Shown: positions 41,267 to 50,650 of the stretch, piece by piece | Position numbering within the stretch: the stretch's first letter is position 1 | Layout of the letters: every line of letters starts with the position of its first letter | Source of the DNA: Hyphomicrobiales bacterium | GTDB lineage: Bacteria; Bacteroidota; Bacteroidia; Bacteroidales; JBGRPZ01 | Direction: 5' to 3' | Assembly: GCA_041725915.1 (NCBI GenBank) | Contig: JBGRPZ010000009.1 | Span: 499 to 64,498 of the forward strand | DNA length: 64,000 nt | Translations under genes and position numbers: made by a program | Notes under the pieces: generated by a model | What the model saw: only the letters and a program-made list of their open reading frames with translations | What the model was told of the DNA's origin: nothing | The model's database searches: none

Positions 41267-42916
41267 TTAATATTTATTTAAGGATGCAGCTTTGCATGCA
41301 ATATCTTTAAGAACAGAAGGGACATCATCTTTATCAAGAGTAAGTTCTATAAAACGTAACTTATCCTTGTTGGTATCACATTCTGATAATGCTGTTTCCA
41401 GATCTCTTAAAGTACATACTTTTGTGCTCCATACGTGGTCTCCAAATATTTTAGGGAGTTCTTTATAGTCCCATGGTTGAATGTCATTATATTCCATATT
41501 TGCACCATGAATAGCCCTTTCAACAGTATATCCTTGATTGTTTACAAGAAAGATAATTGGGGTTAACTTGTGTCTTACCATTGTAGAAATTTCCTGAGCT
41601 GTTAGTTGGAAAGATCCATCACCAACAAAGCAGATATTCTCTTTTGTCTTATCAGCTAAACAAGTTCCTAGTAGTGCACCTACGCTAAAACCTATAGAAC
41701 CCCAAAGAGATTGATGTACAAAGTTGGTGTTGTTTGGGATTCTTTGATTGATAAGACCAAAACTACTGGTTCCTATATCTGCAATAATATTTGAGTTTTC
41801 CTTGAAAAAGAACTGACTTCTAAACCATAGAGCTTCTTGGGTAAGGGGGGAATCAGTAACAGAGTTTTCTGTTAATGATTTATTCTGAATGTTTTCTTGA
41901 TGTTGATATCCATCGAGACTTTCTGTAAGAGCAGGGATAAAGTCCTCAAAATGGACTTCTGTATAAAGTGAATGCTTGATCTTTACATGTTCATACTGAA
42001 TATCTATAGTGCTATCAACATTGATTTGACTACTGAAACCACCTGTGTTGAAGTCAGAAAGAACAGTACCAAAAGAAATCACCAGATCAGAGCTTTCGAC
42101 TCTTTCCTGTACATATTTATCACTTAGTTCGCCATTGTAGATACCCAAAAATAATGAACTGGATTCGTCTATGACTCCTTTTCCCATAGGTAAAGAAGCT
42201 GTAGGGATACCTGTTCTGTTACTTAGGTTAATTAAGGTCTTTCTCATTTCCGGATGCCTTAAAGCTCCAATATCAGCTAGAATGATAGGTTTTGTTGACT
42301 TTTGTATCATCCTTGACACTCTTGAAGTGGCTTCTTGGATAGCATCAGGATTTGATGGAGTTCTTTCAAAGTTTAATGTTTCTGTGTTATCTTCAATCTC
42401 TTGATAAGAGATATCTGTAGGTAGTCCAATATAGACAGGTCGCTTTTGTGTTAGACAGCATGTTATTAAACGGTCGATTTCTCTGCTTGCATTGAATGGG
42501 TTGATTATAGTTTGTGCTACTGTCAAGTGTGAATACATATCAGAGAAGACAGTAAAGTCACTATTGCCCAAAGTGTGGTGAACTATGCTTTTATTGTTTT
42601 GTACAGAAGTGGAAGGCATTCCTACTATTTTTATCAAAGGCACTTGTTCAGCATAAGCACCAGCAATTCCATTGATTGCACTTAATTCACCGACACCAAA
42701 GGTTGTCACCATAGCAGAAACACCTTTAACTCTGGCATATCCATCGGCAGCATAAGCACCATTTAATTCGTTACAATTCCCTATCCATTTAAGGTCTTTA
42801 TAATTAACAATCTGATCTAAAAAACCTAGATTATAATCACCGGGTACGCCAAATATATGATCAACACCTACTTCTTTTAGTCTTTTAAGTAGATAATCTC
42901 CAACAGTTATTTTCAT
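41267..42916 (-). CDS. ipdC: thiamine-diphosphate-dependent alpha-keto-acid (indolepyruvate/phenylpyruvate-type) decarboxylase
   Basis: 549 aa. The N-terminus MKITVGDYLLKRLKEVGVDHIFGVPGDYNLGFLDQI closely resembles IpdC/KdcA/PDC N-termini. TPP-binding motif GDGSFQLTAQE...NN.GYT. Substrate specificity cannot be read from the sequence. Confidence 0.75.
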   Translation of the reverse strand: MKITVGDYLLKRLKEVGVDHIFGVPGDYNLGFLDQIVNYKDLKWIGNCNELNGAYAADGYARVKGVSAMVTTFGVGELSAINGIAGAYAEQVPLIKIVGMPSTSVQNNKSIVHHTLGNSDFTVFSDMYSHLTVAQTIINPFNASREIDRLITCCLTQKRPVYIGLPTDISYQEIEDNTETLNFERTPSNPDAIQEATSRVSRMIQKSTKPIILADIGALRHPEMRKTLINLSNRTGIPTASLPMGKGVIDESSSLFLGIYNGELSDKYVQERVESSDLVISFGTVLSDFNTGGFSSQINVDSTIDIQYEHVKIKHSLYTEVHFEDFIPALTESLDGYQHQENIQNKSLTENSVTDSPLTQEALWFRSQFFFKENSNIIADIGTSSFGLINQRIPNNTNFVHQSLWGSIGFSVGALLGTCLADKTKENICFVGDGSFQLTAQEISTMVRHKLTPIIFLVNNQGYTVERAIHGANMEYNDIQPWDYKELPKIFGDHVWSTKVCTLRDLETALSECDTNKDKLRFIELTLDKDDVPSVLKDIACKAASLNKY

Positions 42917-43191
42917 TTGAGAATCCTCCTATTAATATGGAAAGTGTTTTAGAATAGTTGAATAAAGGTTTGAATAATTATTTGAAAACTACTTTTATAA
43001 TGATTGATAAGTTTTTCTGAAAGAATGGAAATGAGGTTGTTTTATTTAAAACAGAATCTGGTTTTTCTTTGTTGTGTTTGTTTTTAAAATTAACGTCTGA
43101 TATTGGTATTATAAACTAATGGTAATGTTATTGATATTCAATTTATTCTTATATTAATAGTTCAATCTATTATTTGATCTTAAGCTATTTA

Positions 43192-45453
43192 ATGATGAAA
43201 GTTTTTTATACTTTAATAATAGTTTCTATATTATACATCCCCGCTACTTTGTTTGCCCAATCTCAAAAATCTATTCAACTAATTGACAAAACTACTAACG
43301 AACCAATTGTCAATGCTTCATTTACATATGGGAAAGATTTTGGATTAAGTGATATAAATGGAATTATTTACCTTCAATATAAGGAGAATGAGGTTTTGAA
43401 GTTTTCTCATATCTCTTATGGTCAATGGTCTTTGGATAGTCAACAGCTAAAGGAAGCAATTACTGTAGGTAAGATATATAAGAAACCCGCATTAGTCGCT
43501 TTAGCACCTGTAACAATTGTTACTTTACGGAATCCTCATAATCCATCGAATAAAGTTGATGTACAATATCAAGACAGGCTTTCTCATGATGTGAGCATGC
43601 TATTGGAAGAAGTCCCTTCTTTAAATCTGATAAGAAAAAGCGGTAGCTCTTCTCTTGATCCTGTATTGCGTGGGTTTAAGAATGATCAATTAAATATCGT
43701 TATTGATGGTATTCAGAGTGCAACTGTTGCATGCCCAAATAGAATGGATCCTCCAACAAGTCAGGTTTCTCCGAATATGACTAAAGAAGTAGAGGTATAT
43801 AAAGGGCCTTACTCGTTTAGATATGGAAATGCTATAGGAGGAACAATAAACTTTATTTCTATTTCTCCTAAGTTTAGTGAGAAGTTTACACCATATGGAC
43901 GTTGGTCTGGAGGGTATGAAACCAATGGAAATATTTATCGTACTGAGGGGTTAGCTGGCTTTAGTAATAAATATAATGACTTAGCTGTGTTTGGATCTTA
44001 TAGCAAAGGAAGTGATTATGAAGATGGAAACAATAATAAGATTCCTGCTCGCTTTTCCAGATATAGTTATGGTGCTGATTATAGTTTGAAATTATCTGAC
44101 CAACATGTTATGGTTGCTTCATTTACTCATAATTATGCTAAAGATGTAGATTTTCCCACTTTGCCAATGGATTTGAGGAAAGATGATGCTTGGCTGTTTA
44201 AGCTTCAACATCAATATAAGTCTAACTCAGGTACTGATGAGTTGAGGTCATGGAAGACTGTTGTCTTTGGAACTTTTATTGATCACCTAATGGATAATAG
44301 GTTAAAGGTAATGCCTAAAAGAATGGTATATGCTGAAACTTCTGCAAATACAGAGAATTATGGTATTCGTACTGAAGCAAAGTTGATGAAGCAGAAATCT
44401 ATAACCTATATGGGTGCTGATTATCGTGTTGAATCTGCAAGAGGAACCAGAATAAGAGACTTTATCTCAGGTCCAATGAAGGATAAGGTGTTTTATGATA
44501 ATGTATGGCAAGATGCAATAATAAGTAAAACTGGTGCTTTTGCTGAGTATCACCTAAATACGGGTTCATTTAAATGGATGTTTTCAGGACGACTTGATTT
44601 GAATTATTCTAATGCCAGAAAGATAGCTCCTGAATTTAGTAAAGTTTATGCTAAAGAGAAGATGTTTCAGGCGAATCCTAATGTAAGTGCAGGTTCTGTA
44701 TGGAGCTTTGCAAAACACCAGACTTTAGCTTTATGGCTAGGCAGGGCACAAAGAAGTGGAAATATCACAGAGAAGTATATCAATTATTTCCCTGTGGGCT
44801 TAGATCCTTATGAACTTATTGGTAATCCGGATATATCACCAGAGAAGAATAATCAAGTGGATTTGATTTATACATATAAGACAGAGACCAACATGATAAA
44901 GCTGGATTTATTTGTATCTCTTGTTAATGACTATATCTCTTCTGAGATTGTCGATGGTCTTAAACCACGATTGCCAACAAGCCCGGGAGTAAGAAAGTTT
45001 GTAAATATCGATAATGCTTTACTTACAGGTTTTGAATTTGTATGGTTGCAGAAGATTATATCTACAATTAATCATCAGATTAGTATTGCATACACTTATG
45101 GAGAAGATGAAAGCAGAAAAGATCCATTACCGGAGATTGCTCCTTTAGATATTAGATACACTATTTCTGGTGAGTTTTTCACAAAGAAGTTTATTCCTCA
45201 GTTGAGGTTTAGATATGTAGCTGATCAAAAAAGAATATCTGCAATATATGGAGAAAGAACATCTCCTTCATTTTTTACTGTTGATCTGGAGTTATCTTAT
45301 CAATTACTTAAGAGGATGTATTTATCCGGAGGAATAAGGAATATTACGGATAAAGCATATTATGAGCATCTAAATAGATCAGTCAGAGGGACAGATAGAC
45401 CAATCTATGCTCCTGGTAGAAGTGCATTCTTTTCAATATCTATTGATTTATAA
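43192..45453 (+). CDS. TonB-dependent receptor with CarboxypepD_reg-like N-terminal domain
   Basis: The ORF-track start at 43174 is a TTG; ATG ATG at 43192 gives MMKVFYTLIIVSILYIPATLFAQ. It has a plug domain (DPVLRGFKNDQLNIVIDG) and a long beta-barrel with alternating-hydrophobic strands. Confidence 0.8.
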   Translation: MMKVFYTLIIVSILYIPATLFAQSQKSIQLIDKTTNEPIVNASFTYGKDFGLSDINGIIYLQYKENEVLKFSHISYGQWSLDSQQLKEAITVGKIYKKPALVALAPVTIVTLRNPHNPSNKVDVQYQDRLSHDVSMLLEEVPSLNLIRKSGSSSLDPVLRGFKNDQLNIVIDGIQSATVACPNRMDPPTSQVSPNMTKEVEVYKGPYSFRYGNAIGGTINFISISPKFSEKFTPYGRWSGGYETNGNIYRTEGLAGFSNKYNDLAVFGSYSKGSDYEDGNNNKIPARFSRYSYGADYSLKLSDQHVMVASFTHNYAKDVDFPTLPMDLRKDDAWLFKLQHQYKSNSGTDELRSWKTVVFGTFIDHLMDNRLKVMPKRMVYAETSANTENYGIRTEAKLMKQKSITYMGADYRVESARGTRIRDFISGPMKDKVFYDNVWQDAIISKTGAFAEYHLNTGSFKWMFSGRLDLNYSNARKIAPEFSKVYAKEKMFQANPNVSAGSVWSFAKHQTLALWLGRAQRSGNITEKYINYFPVGLDPYELIGNPDISPEKNNQVDLIYTYKTETNMIKLDLFVSLVNDYISSEIVDGLKPRLPTSPGVRKFVNIDNALLTGFEFVWLQKIISTINHQISIAYTYGEDESRKDPLPEIAPLDIRYTISGEFFTKKFIPQLRFRYVADQKRISAIYGERTSPSFFTVDLELSYQLLKRMYLSGGIRNITDKAYYEHLNRSVRGTDRPIYAPGRSAFFSISIDL

Positions 45454-45486
45454 GGATATGATTTGATTTATAATAAGATTTTAAGA

Positions 45487-45518
45487 GAGGCTATCCTAAA
45501 ATATTGGATGGCCTTTTT
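45487..45518 (+). terminator. rho-independent terminator of the TonB-dependent receptor gene
   Basis: AGGCTATCC-taaaatatt-GGATGGCCT is followed by T6. Confidence 0.65.
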
Positions 45519-45873
45519 TATTAGAATGGGTTTAAGATTCTTATTTCTATAATATAATGCAAAAGCTAAAAGCAACTTATGCCAAAAGAAAAGTTCTGTT
45601 TTATGCCTAGACTATTCCAAAATAAAAACACTTGTTTTTCCTTCAATTTATATAATCATTAACTTTAAAATCCAGAGCCAAAAAACAAGTCTCACCCGTT
45701 TTTTTTACATTTTTACCAATCTGTAGAAATAGTTTATAATCAATGACATGCAAATACTAGGCTTTTAGGTTTTTTCTCAGACTCAAGAAAAATTTGAAAA
45801 ATCATCAATTATTGAGCTTTTTATGGACATAATTCCTTTTCAAACCTTCAAAACAAGAAAAAAGCCTGAAGGT

Positions 45874-45936
45874 ATTACTTTTAAGCTCGAGAGAATCACT
45901 TTTGAGCTCGAGAGAATTACTTTTGAGCTGCACAAA
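45874..45936. repeat. array C: three 21-bp direct repeats AT(T/C)ACTTTT(A/G)AGCTCGAGAGA
   Basis: Units lie at 45874, 45895 and 45916 (the third diverges in its 3' half). The array shares the CTCGAGA core and ACTTT with the reverse complement of array B. Confidence 0.85.
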
Positions 45937-46314
45937 GCTAGTTTTGATTATTAATTTTATTACCTGCTGCTTTTCAGTGTTTTACATCGATAAATCTTGT
46001 GTTTTTCTCTTTTAGAAAGTATAATAAATCAGAGGGTTTTGTTATTTAACATAACATTGGGCTTATATGTGCGATAAATAATAATTCAAAAATTGAAAGC
46101 CGAATTATCGCAAAATACAGCAGTTAAAAATAAGTAGTAAAGTTTATAAAACAGAAAACAGAGAGATTCTGTACAAAATCATTCTTGTGCTAAACCTTCA
46201 ATAATAATTGAATCTTAAAAGTGAGTTAACACTAAGAGTAAGTAAGCGCAGCCTTTATTTAAGAGGGATATGATTTAGCTATACTCTAGATTTATTTTAA
46301 TATGATTGTATACT

Positions 46315-46330
46315 TGGCATCCTTTTTGCT
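46315..46330 (+). promoter_or_regulatory. sigma-54 (RpoN) -24/-12 promoter candidate for the BspA/cadherin adhesin gene
   Basis: TGGCAT-CCTTT-TTGCT has GG and GC separated by exactly 10 nt, as in the consensus TGGCAC-N5-TTGCW. It ends 53 nt upstream of the ATG at 46383. Confidence 0.55.
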
Positions 46331-46382
46331 TAATAGAGTTTCTAACTAATTAAATAAATGTTATATTATTAAATATTGAGTT

Positions 46383-49300
46383 ATGAAGAGTAATTTATTT
46401 ACTATTTACATTCTATTATTTTTAATAAATTTTATTCCGATCCAATTATTTGCAGACGAAGATGAGTTAGATGGAACTTCGTTTATCACGGTATGGAAAA
46501 CCGATAACCTTAGTGGAGGGTCTAATTCAACTTCAATTACTATACCTACAAGGTCATATCATATTTATAATTATGATATTGATTTCAATAATGATGGTAA
46601 GTTTGAAGTAACAGGAGTAAGAGGAGACTATACTCATGATTTTGGAGAAGCAGGCACTTATACAATAAGAATCAGAGGAGAATTTCCTAGTATATACTTT
46701 CATACCGATATTAATGACGAAGAAAGAAAGGATAATTTAAAGTTGTTGGAAGTGAAGCAGTGGGGCAATCTTTCTTTTAGAACATTTTATTGTGCTTTTG
46801 AAGGTTGTGGAAATCTTAAAATCACAGCAAAAGATGTTCCTGATTTAAGTAATGTCTGTTCTATGAGTAAAATGTTTTATAAAGCAAGAAACCTTACTGG
46901 TGATTTAAGTTCGTGGGATGTCTCCAATGTGACGAGTATGAATTATATGTTTTATGAAGCAATGGCTTTTACTAGTAATCTGAATTCATGGGATGTCTCT
47001 AATGTGATGAATATGAGTGGAATGTTTTATGAAGCAAGAAGCTTTAATAGTGACCTAAGTTCGTGGGACGTGTCTAAAGTTAGAGATATGAGTCATATGT
47101 TTTGTAGTGCAATTTCTTTTACTCGTGATCTGGATTCCTGGGATGTGTCTAATGTTAGAGATATGAGTCATATGTTTTATGTAGCAAAAACATTCAATGG
47201 CGACATAAGTTCGTGGGATGTATCTGGTGTTACAGACATGAATGATATGTTTTATTGTGCAGAAAAATTTACTGGCGACCTAAGTTCATGGGATGTCTCT
47301 AATGTGACGAATATGAGCGGTATATTTTCATCTGCAAGTAATTTCAATAGCGACCTAAGTTCGTGGGATGTGTCTAATGTGACGAATATGAGTAGTATGT
47401 TTTCAGGTACAAGCTTCACTGGTGACCTAAGTTCGTGGGATGTGTCTAGTGTTACAGGCATGTGTCATATGTTTCGTGGAATAAGTAATTTCACTGGCGA
47501 CCTAAGTTCGTGGGATGTGTCTAATGTGACGGATATGAGTGGTATGTTTTCAGGTACAAACTTCACTGGCGACCTAAGTTCGTGGGATGTCTCTAATGTG
47601 ACGGATATGAGTGGTGTGTTTTCAGATACAAACTTCACTGGTGACCTAAGTTCGTGGGATGTGTCTAATGTGACGAATATGAGTGGTATGTTTTCAGGTA
47701 CAAGCTTCACTGGTGACCTAAGTTCGTGGGATGTGTCTAATGTGACGGATATGAGCGATATGTTTTCATTCGCAAGCAGTTTCAATGGGGACTTAAGTTC
47801 GTGGGATGTATCTAGTGTTACAAACATGCATGGTATGTTTCATGGAGCAAGCAGTTTCAATGGGGACTTAAGTTCGTGGGATGTATCTAATGTTGTACAT
47901 ATGATTTATATGTTTGATGGAGCAAGCAGTTTCATTGGTGACCTAAGTTCGTGGGATGTGTCTAGTGTTACAGATATGCGCGGGATGTTTGATGGAGCAA
48001 GCAGTTTTAATGGCAACCTAAGTTCGTGGGATGTATCTAATGTATGGAATATGAGTGGAATGTTTCGAAGAGCAAGCAGTTTCAATGGTGACCTAAGTTT
48101 CTGGGATATGTCTAGTGTTACAAACATGCATGGTATGTTTGATGGAGCAAGCAGTTTCAATGGTGACTTAAGTTCGTGGGATGTGTCTAATGTGACGAGT
48201 CTGTGTTATATGTTTGATGGAGCAAGCAGTTTCAATGGGGATCTAAGCTCGTGGGATGTTTCAGAAGTAATAGACTTTATGTTTTTCTTGGATTCAACAT
48301 CTTATAGTGTAGATAATTATAATAAGTTGCTAATTACCTGGAGTGAAAAAGAAGAGCTTGTGAGAGGTGTTGAATTTAATGCCAGATCAATAAAGTATAA
48401 AGGTGCATTAGCTGCATCAGCTCGCCAAAAGTTAATAGATGATTATGGTTGGAATATAGTAGACGGTGGAGAATGTATTATTTTGCCTGCACAAAAATTT
48501 TCTATAGCTGAGAACGCAAATAATAATGATGTTATAGGAAGTGTTAAAAGTGATAAAGATAATAATGGTCAGTTACAGGACTGGACTGTAATCTCAGGAA
48601 ATAGTGATGGAGTATTTGGTATCAACTCGAATAATGGAGAGCTATTTGTTGCTGATAATAGTAAACTTAATTATGATGCTGCTAAGCAGTATACTTTGAG
48701 TATAACAGTAAGTGATGGAGAGAATACAAGTGCGGAAGAAGAAGTAATTATAAATATTACAGACTTTAACTATAAACCAGTTATTACCTCAGGACAAAGC
48801 TTCTCTATACTAGAGAATGCCAATAACACTGATGTTGTAGGTAGTGTTGCTGCTACAGATAAAGATTCAAATACAACTTTATCATCTTATGTGATTGCTT
48901 CAGGTAATGAAGATGGTGTATTTGGTATCAACCCGGATAATGGGGAGCTATTTGTTGCTGATAATAGTAAACTTAACTATGATGATACCAAACAGTATAC
49001 TTTGGTTATAACAGTAAGTGATGGAGTAAATACTAGTGAAGAAGAGACAGTAACAATAAATATTACAGACTTTAACTATAAACCAGTTATTACCTCAGGA
49101 CAAAGCTTCTCTATACTAGAGAATGCCAATAACAATGATGTTGTAGGTATTGTTGCTGCTACAGATAAAGACTCAAATACAACTTTATCTACTTATACGA
49201 TTGTCTCAGGTAACGAAGATGGTGTATTTGGTATAAATGCTGATAATGGTGAGTTATTTGTTGCTGATAATAGTAAGCTTAACTATGATGATGCTAAGCA

Positions 49301-50552
49301 GTATACTTTGAGTATAACAGTAAGTGATGGAGTAAATACTAGTGAAGAGGGGATAGTAATAGTAAATGTAACTGATTTCAATTATCCAGCTGTTATTACT
49401 GCAGGACAGAGTTTTGATATAGCAGAGAATGCAAATATAGATGATATTGTCGGTGAGATTCAAGTTACAGATAGAGATAAGAATGCTGTTTATTCTTTTA
49501 CAATTGTATCAGGTAATGAAGATGGCGTATTTGGTATTAACCCGAATAATGGAGAGCTATTTGTTGCTGATAATAGTAATCTTAATTATGATGCTGCTAA
49601 GCAGTATACTTTGGGTATCACAGTAAGTGATGGAGTAAATACTAGTGAAGAGGGGACTGTAATAGTAAATGTTACAGATTTCAATTATAAGCCAGTTATT
49701 ACATTAGGACAGAGCTTTGAGATAGCAGAGAATGCCAATAATAATGATGTTGTAGGCAACATTCTAGCTACAGATCAGAATCCAAATACAACTTTATCTT
49801 CTTATACAATTGCTTCAGGCGATGAAGATGGTGTATTTGGTATCAACTCAGATAACGGTGAGTTATTTATTTCTGATAACACTAAGCTTAATTATGATGA
49901 TGCTAATCAATATACTTTAGGTATCACAGTAAGTGATGGAGTAAATACTAGTGAAGAAGGAACAGTAACAATAAATGTTACAGATTTTAACTATGCTCCT
50001 GTAATTGAAGCTTCCCAGACTTTTACTGTAGAAGAGGAAGTAGATAATGGTTTAATAGTAGGCATGATCAAAGCAAGTGATAAAGATGAGAATGATCAAT
50101 TGCAAAATTGGACTATAGTTTCAGGAAATGAATCAGGAGTGTTTGCAGTAAATGAGGATGGAGCTTTATGTATAAAAGACAAGAGTAATGTAGGTAACAG
50201 AAAAGATCTCAAGTATACTCTTTCTGTAACTGTAAGTGATGGACAAGCTACAAGTGAAGCAGTTGAACTTGTTGTAAATATCATCAATTATACTGGACTA
50301 TCTGAAGTTAGTCAAATTGTAGACTATAAGTTAGTTCCAAACCCAGCAAAAGACCATTTCAGTATTGTAAGTAATGCTTTTGCATATCCAATCGAAGTTG
50401 AAATAGTTGATATTACAGGGCATGTTGTAGTAACACCTATTCAGTATAATAAAGGTGATCAGATGTCAATTCAACTGAAGGCTGGAATCTATTTTGTGAA
50501 GATTATAGAAGAAGGAAACCTTCCTCAAGTGAAGCGATTGATTATAAAGTAA
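46383..50552 (+). CDS. giant surface protein: BspA-type (DUF285) leucine-rich repeats + six cadherin-like modules + T9SS C-terminal sorting domain
   Basis: 1389 aa with a signal peptide. It has 19 repeats of ~23-25 aa with the core GDLSSWDVSNVT.MS.MF, and six ~102-aa modules (F.I.ENANN.DVVG......D.......Y.I.SGNEDGVFGIN..NGELFVADNSKLNYD..KQYTL.ITVSDG.NTSEE). The tail LVPNPAKDHFSI...GIYFVKIIEEGNLPQVKRLIIK is a Por secretion tail. Confidence 0.85.
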   Translation: MKSNLFTIYILLFLINFIPIQLFADEDELDGTSFITVWKTDNLSGGSNSTSITIPTRSYHIYNYDIDFNNDGKFEVTGVRGDYTHDFGEAGTYTIRIRGEFPSIYFHTDINDEERKDNLKLLEVKQWGNLSFRTFYCAFEGCGNLKITAKDVPDLSNVCSMSKMFYKARNLTGDLSSWDVSNVTSMNYMFYEAMAFTSNLNSWDVSNVMNMSGMFYEARSFNSDLSSWDVSKVRDMSHMFCSAISFTRDLDSWDVSNVRDMSHMFYVAKTFNGDISSWDVSGVTDMNDMFYCAEKFTGDLSSWDVSNVTNMSGIFSSASNFNSDLSSWDVSNVTNMSSMFSGTSFTGDLSSWDVSSVTGMCHMFRGISNFTGDLSSWDVSNVTDMSGMFSGTNFTGDLSSWDVSNVTDMSGVFSDTNFTGDLSSWDVSNVTNMSGMFSGTSFTGDLSSWDVSNVTDMSDMFSFASSFNGDLSSWDVSSVTNMHGMFHGASSFNGDLSSWDVSNVVHMIYMFDGASSFIGDLSSWDVSSVTDMRGMFDGASSFNGNLSSWDVSNVWNMSGMFRRASSFNGDLSFWDMSSVTNMHGMFDGASSFNGDLSSWDVSNVTSLCYMFDGASSFNGDLSSWDVSEVIDFMFFLDSTSYSVDNYNKLLITWSEKEELVRGVEFNARSIKYKGALAASARQKLIDDYGWNIVDGGECIILPAQKFSIAENANNNDVIGSVKSDKDNNGQLQDWTVISGNSDGVFGINSNNGELFVADNSKLNYDAAKQYTLSITVSDGENTSAEEEVIINITDFNYKPVITSGQSFSILENANNTDVVGSVAATDKDSNTTLSSYVIASGNEDGVFGINPDNGELFVADNSKLNYDDTKQYTLVITVSDGVNTSEEETVTINITDFNYKPVITSGQSFSILENANNNDVVGIVAATDKDSNTTLSTYTIVSGNEDGVFGINADNGELFVADNSKLNYDDAKQYTLSITVSDGVNTSEEGIVIVNVTDFNYPAVITAGQSFDIAENANIDDIVGEIQVTDRDKNAVYSFTIVSGNEDGVFGINPNNGELFVADNSNLNYDAAKQYTLGITVSDGVNTSEEGTVIVNVTDFNYKPVITLGQSFEIAENANNNDVVGNILATDQNPNTTLSSYTIASGDEDGVFGINSDNGELFISDNTKLNYDDANQYTLGITVSDGVNTSEEGTVTINVTDFNYAPVIEASQTFTVEEEVDNGLIVGMIKASDKDENDQLQNWTIVSGNESGVFAVNEDGALCIKDKSNVGNRKDLKYTLSVTVSDGQATSEAVELVVNIINYTGLSEVSQIVDYKLVPNPAKDHFSIVSNAFAYPIEVEIVDITGHVVVTPIQYNKGDQMSIQLKAGIYFVKIIEEGNLPQVKRLIIK
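46850..48290 (+). repeat. intragenic tandem repeats (69-75 nt) encoding 19 BspA/DUF285 LRR units
   Basis: The phrase gacctaagttcgtgggatgtgtctaatgtgacg recurs with few substitutions throughout. Antisense ORFs in the track (47252..48160) are mirror artefacts of this periodicity. Confidence 0.9.
48480..50290 (+). repeat. intragenic 306-nt tandem repeats encoding cadherin-like modules
   Basis: For example, attacagactttaactataaaccagttattacctcaggacaaagcttctctatactagagaatgccaataaca occurs at 48756 and again at 49062, exactly 306 nt apart. Confidence 0.9.
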
Positions 50553-50580
50553 GGCTTTCAACAAAATTATACATATAAAT

Positions 50581-50642
50581 AAAGGTTGCCTCAAATGTAA
50601 GAGGCAACCTTTATTAGAAAGGGGGAATGTTCCCCCTTTTTC
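50581..50642. terminator. two adjacent hairpins between the convergent adhesin and tricorn-like genes
   Basis: AAAGGTTGCCTC-aaatgtaa-GAGGCAACCTTT lies at 50581-50612 and AAAGGGGGAA-tg-TTCCCCCTTT+T-run at 50618-50642. Confidence 0.65.
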
Positions 50643-50650
50643 TTTATATC

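Noticed and set aside
47252-48160. Three antisense ORFs (69-120 aa) rich in LDTSHELRSP repeats.
   Set aside because: They are mirror-image artefacts of the BspA LRR repeats on the plus strand. The plus-strand 1389-aa ORF explains the region.
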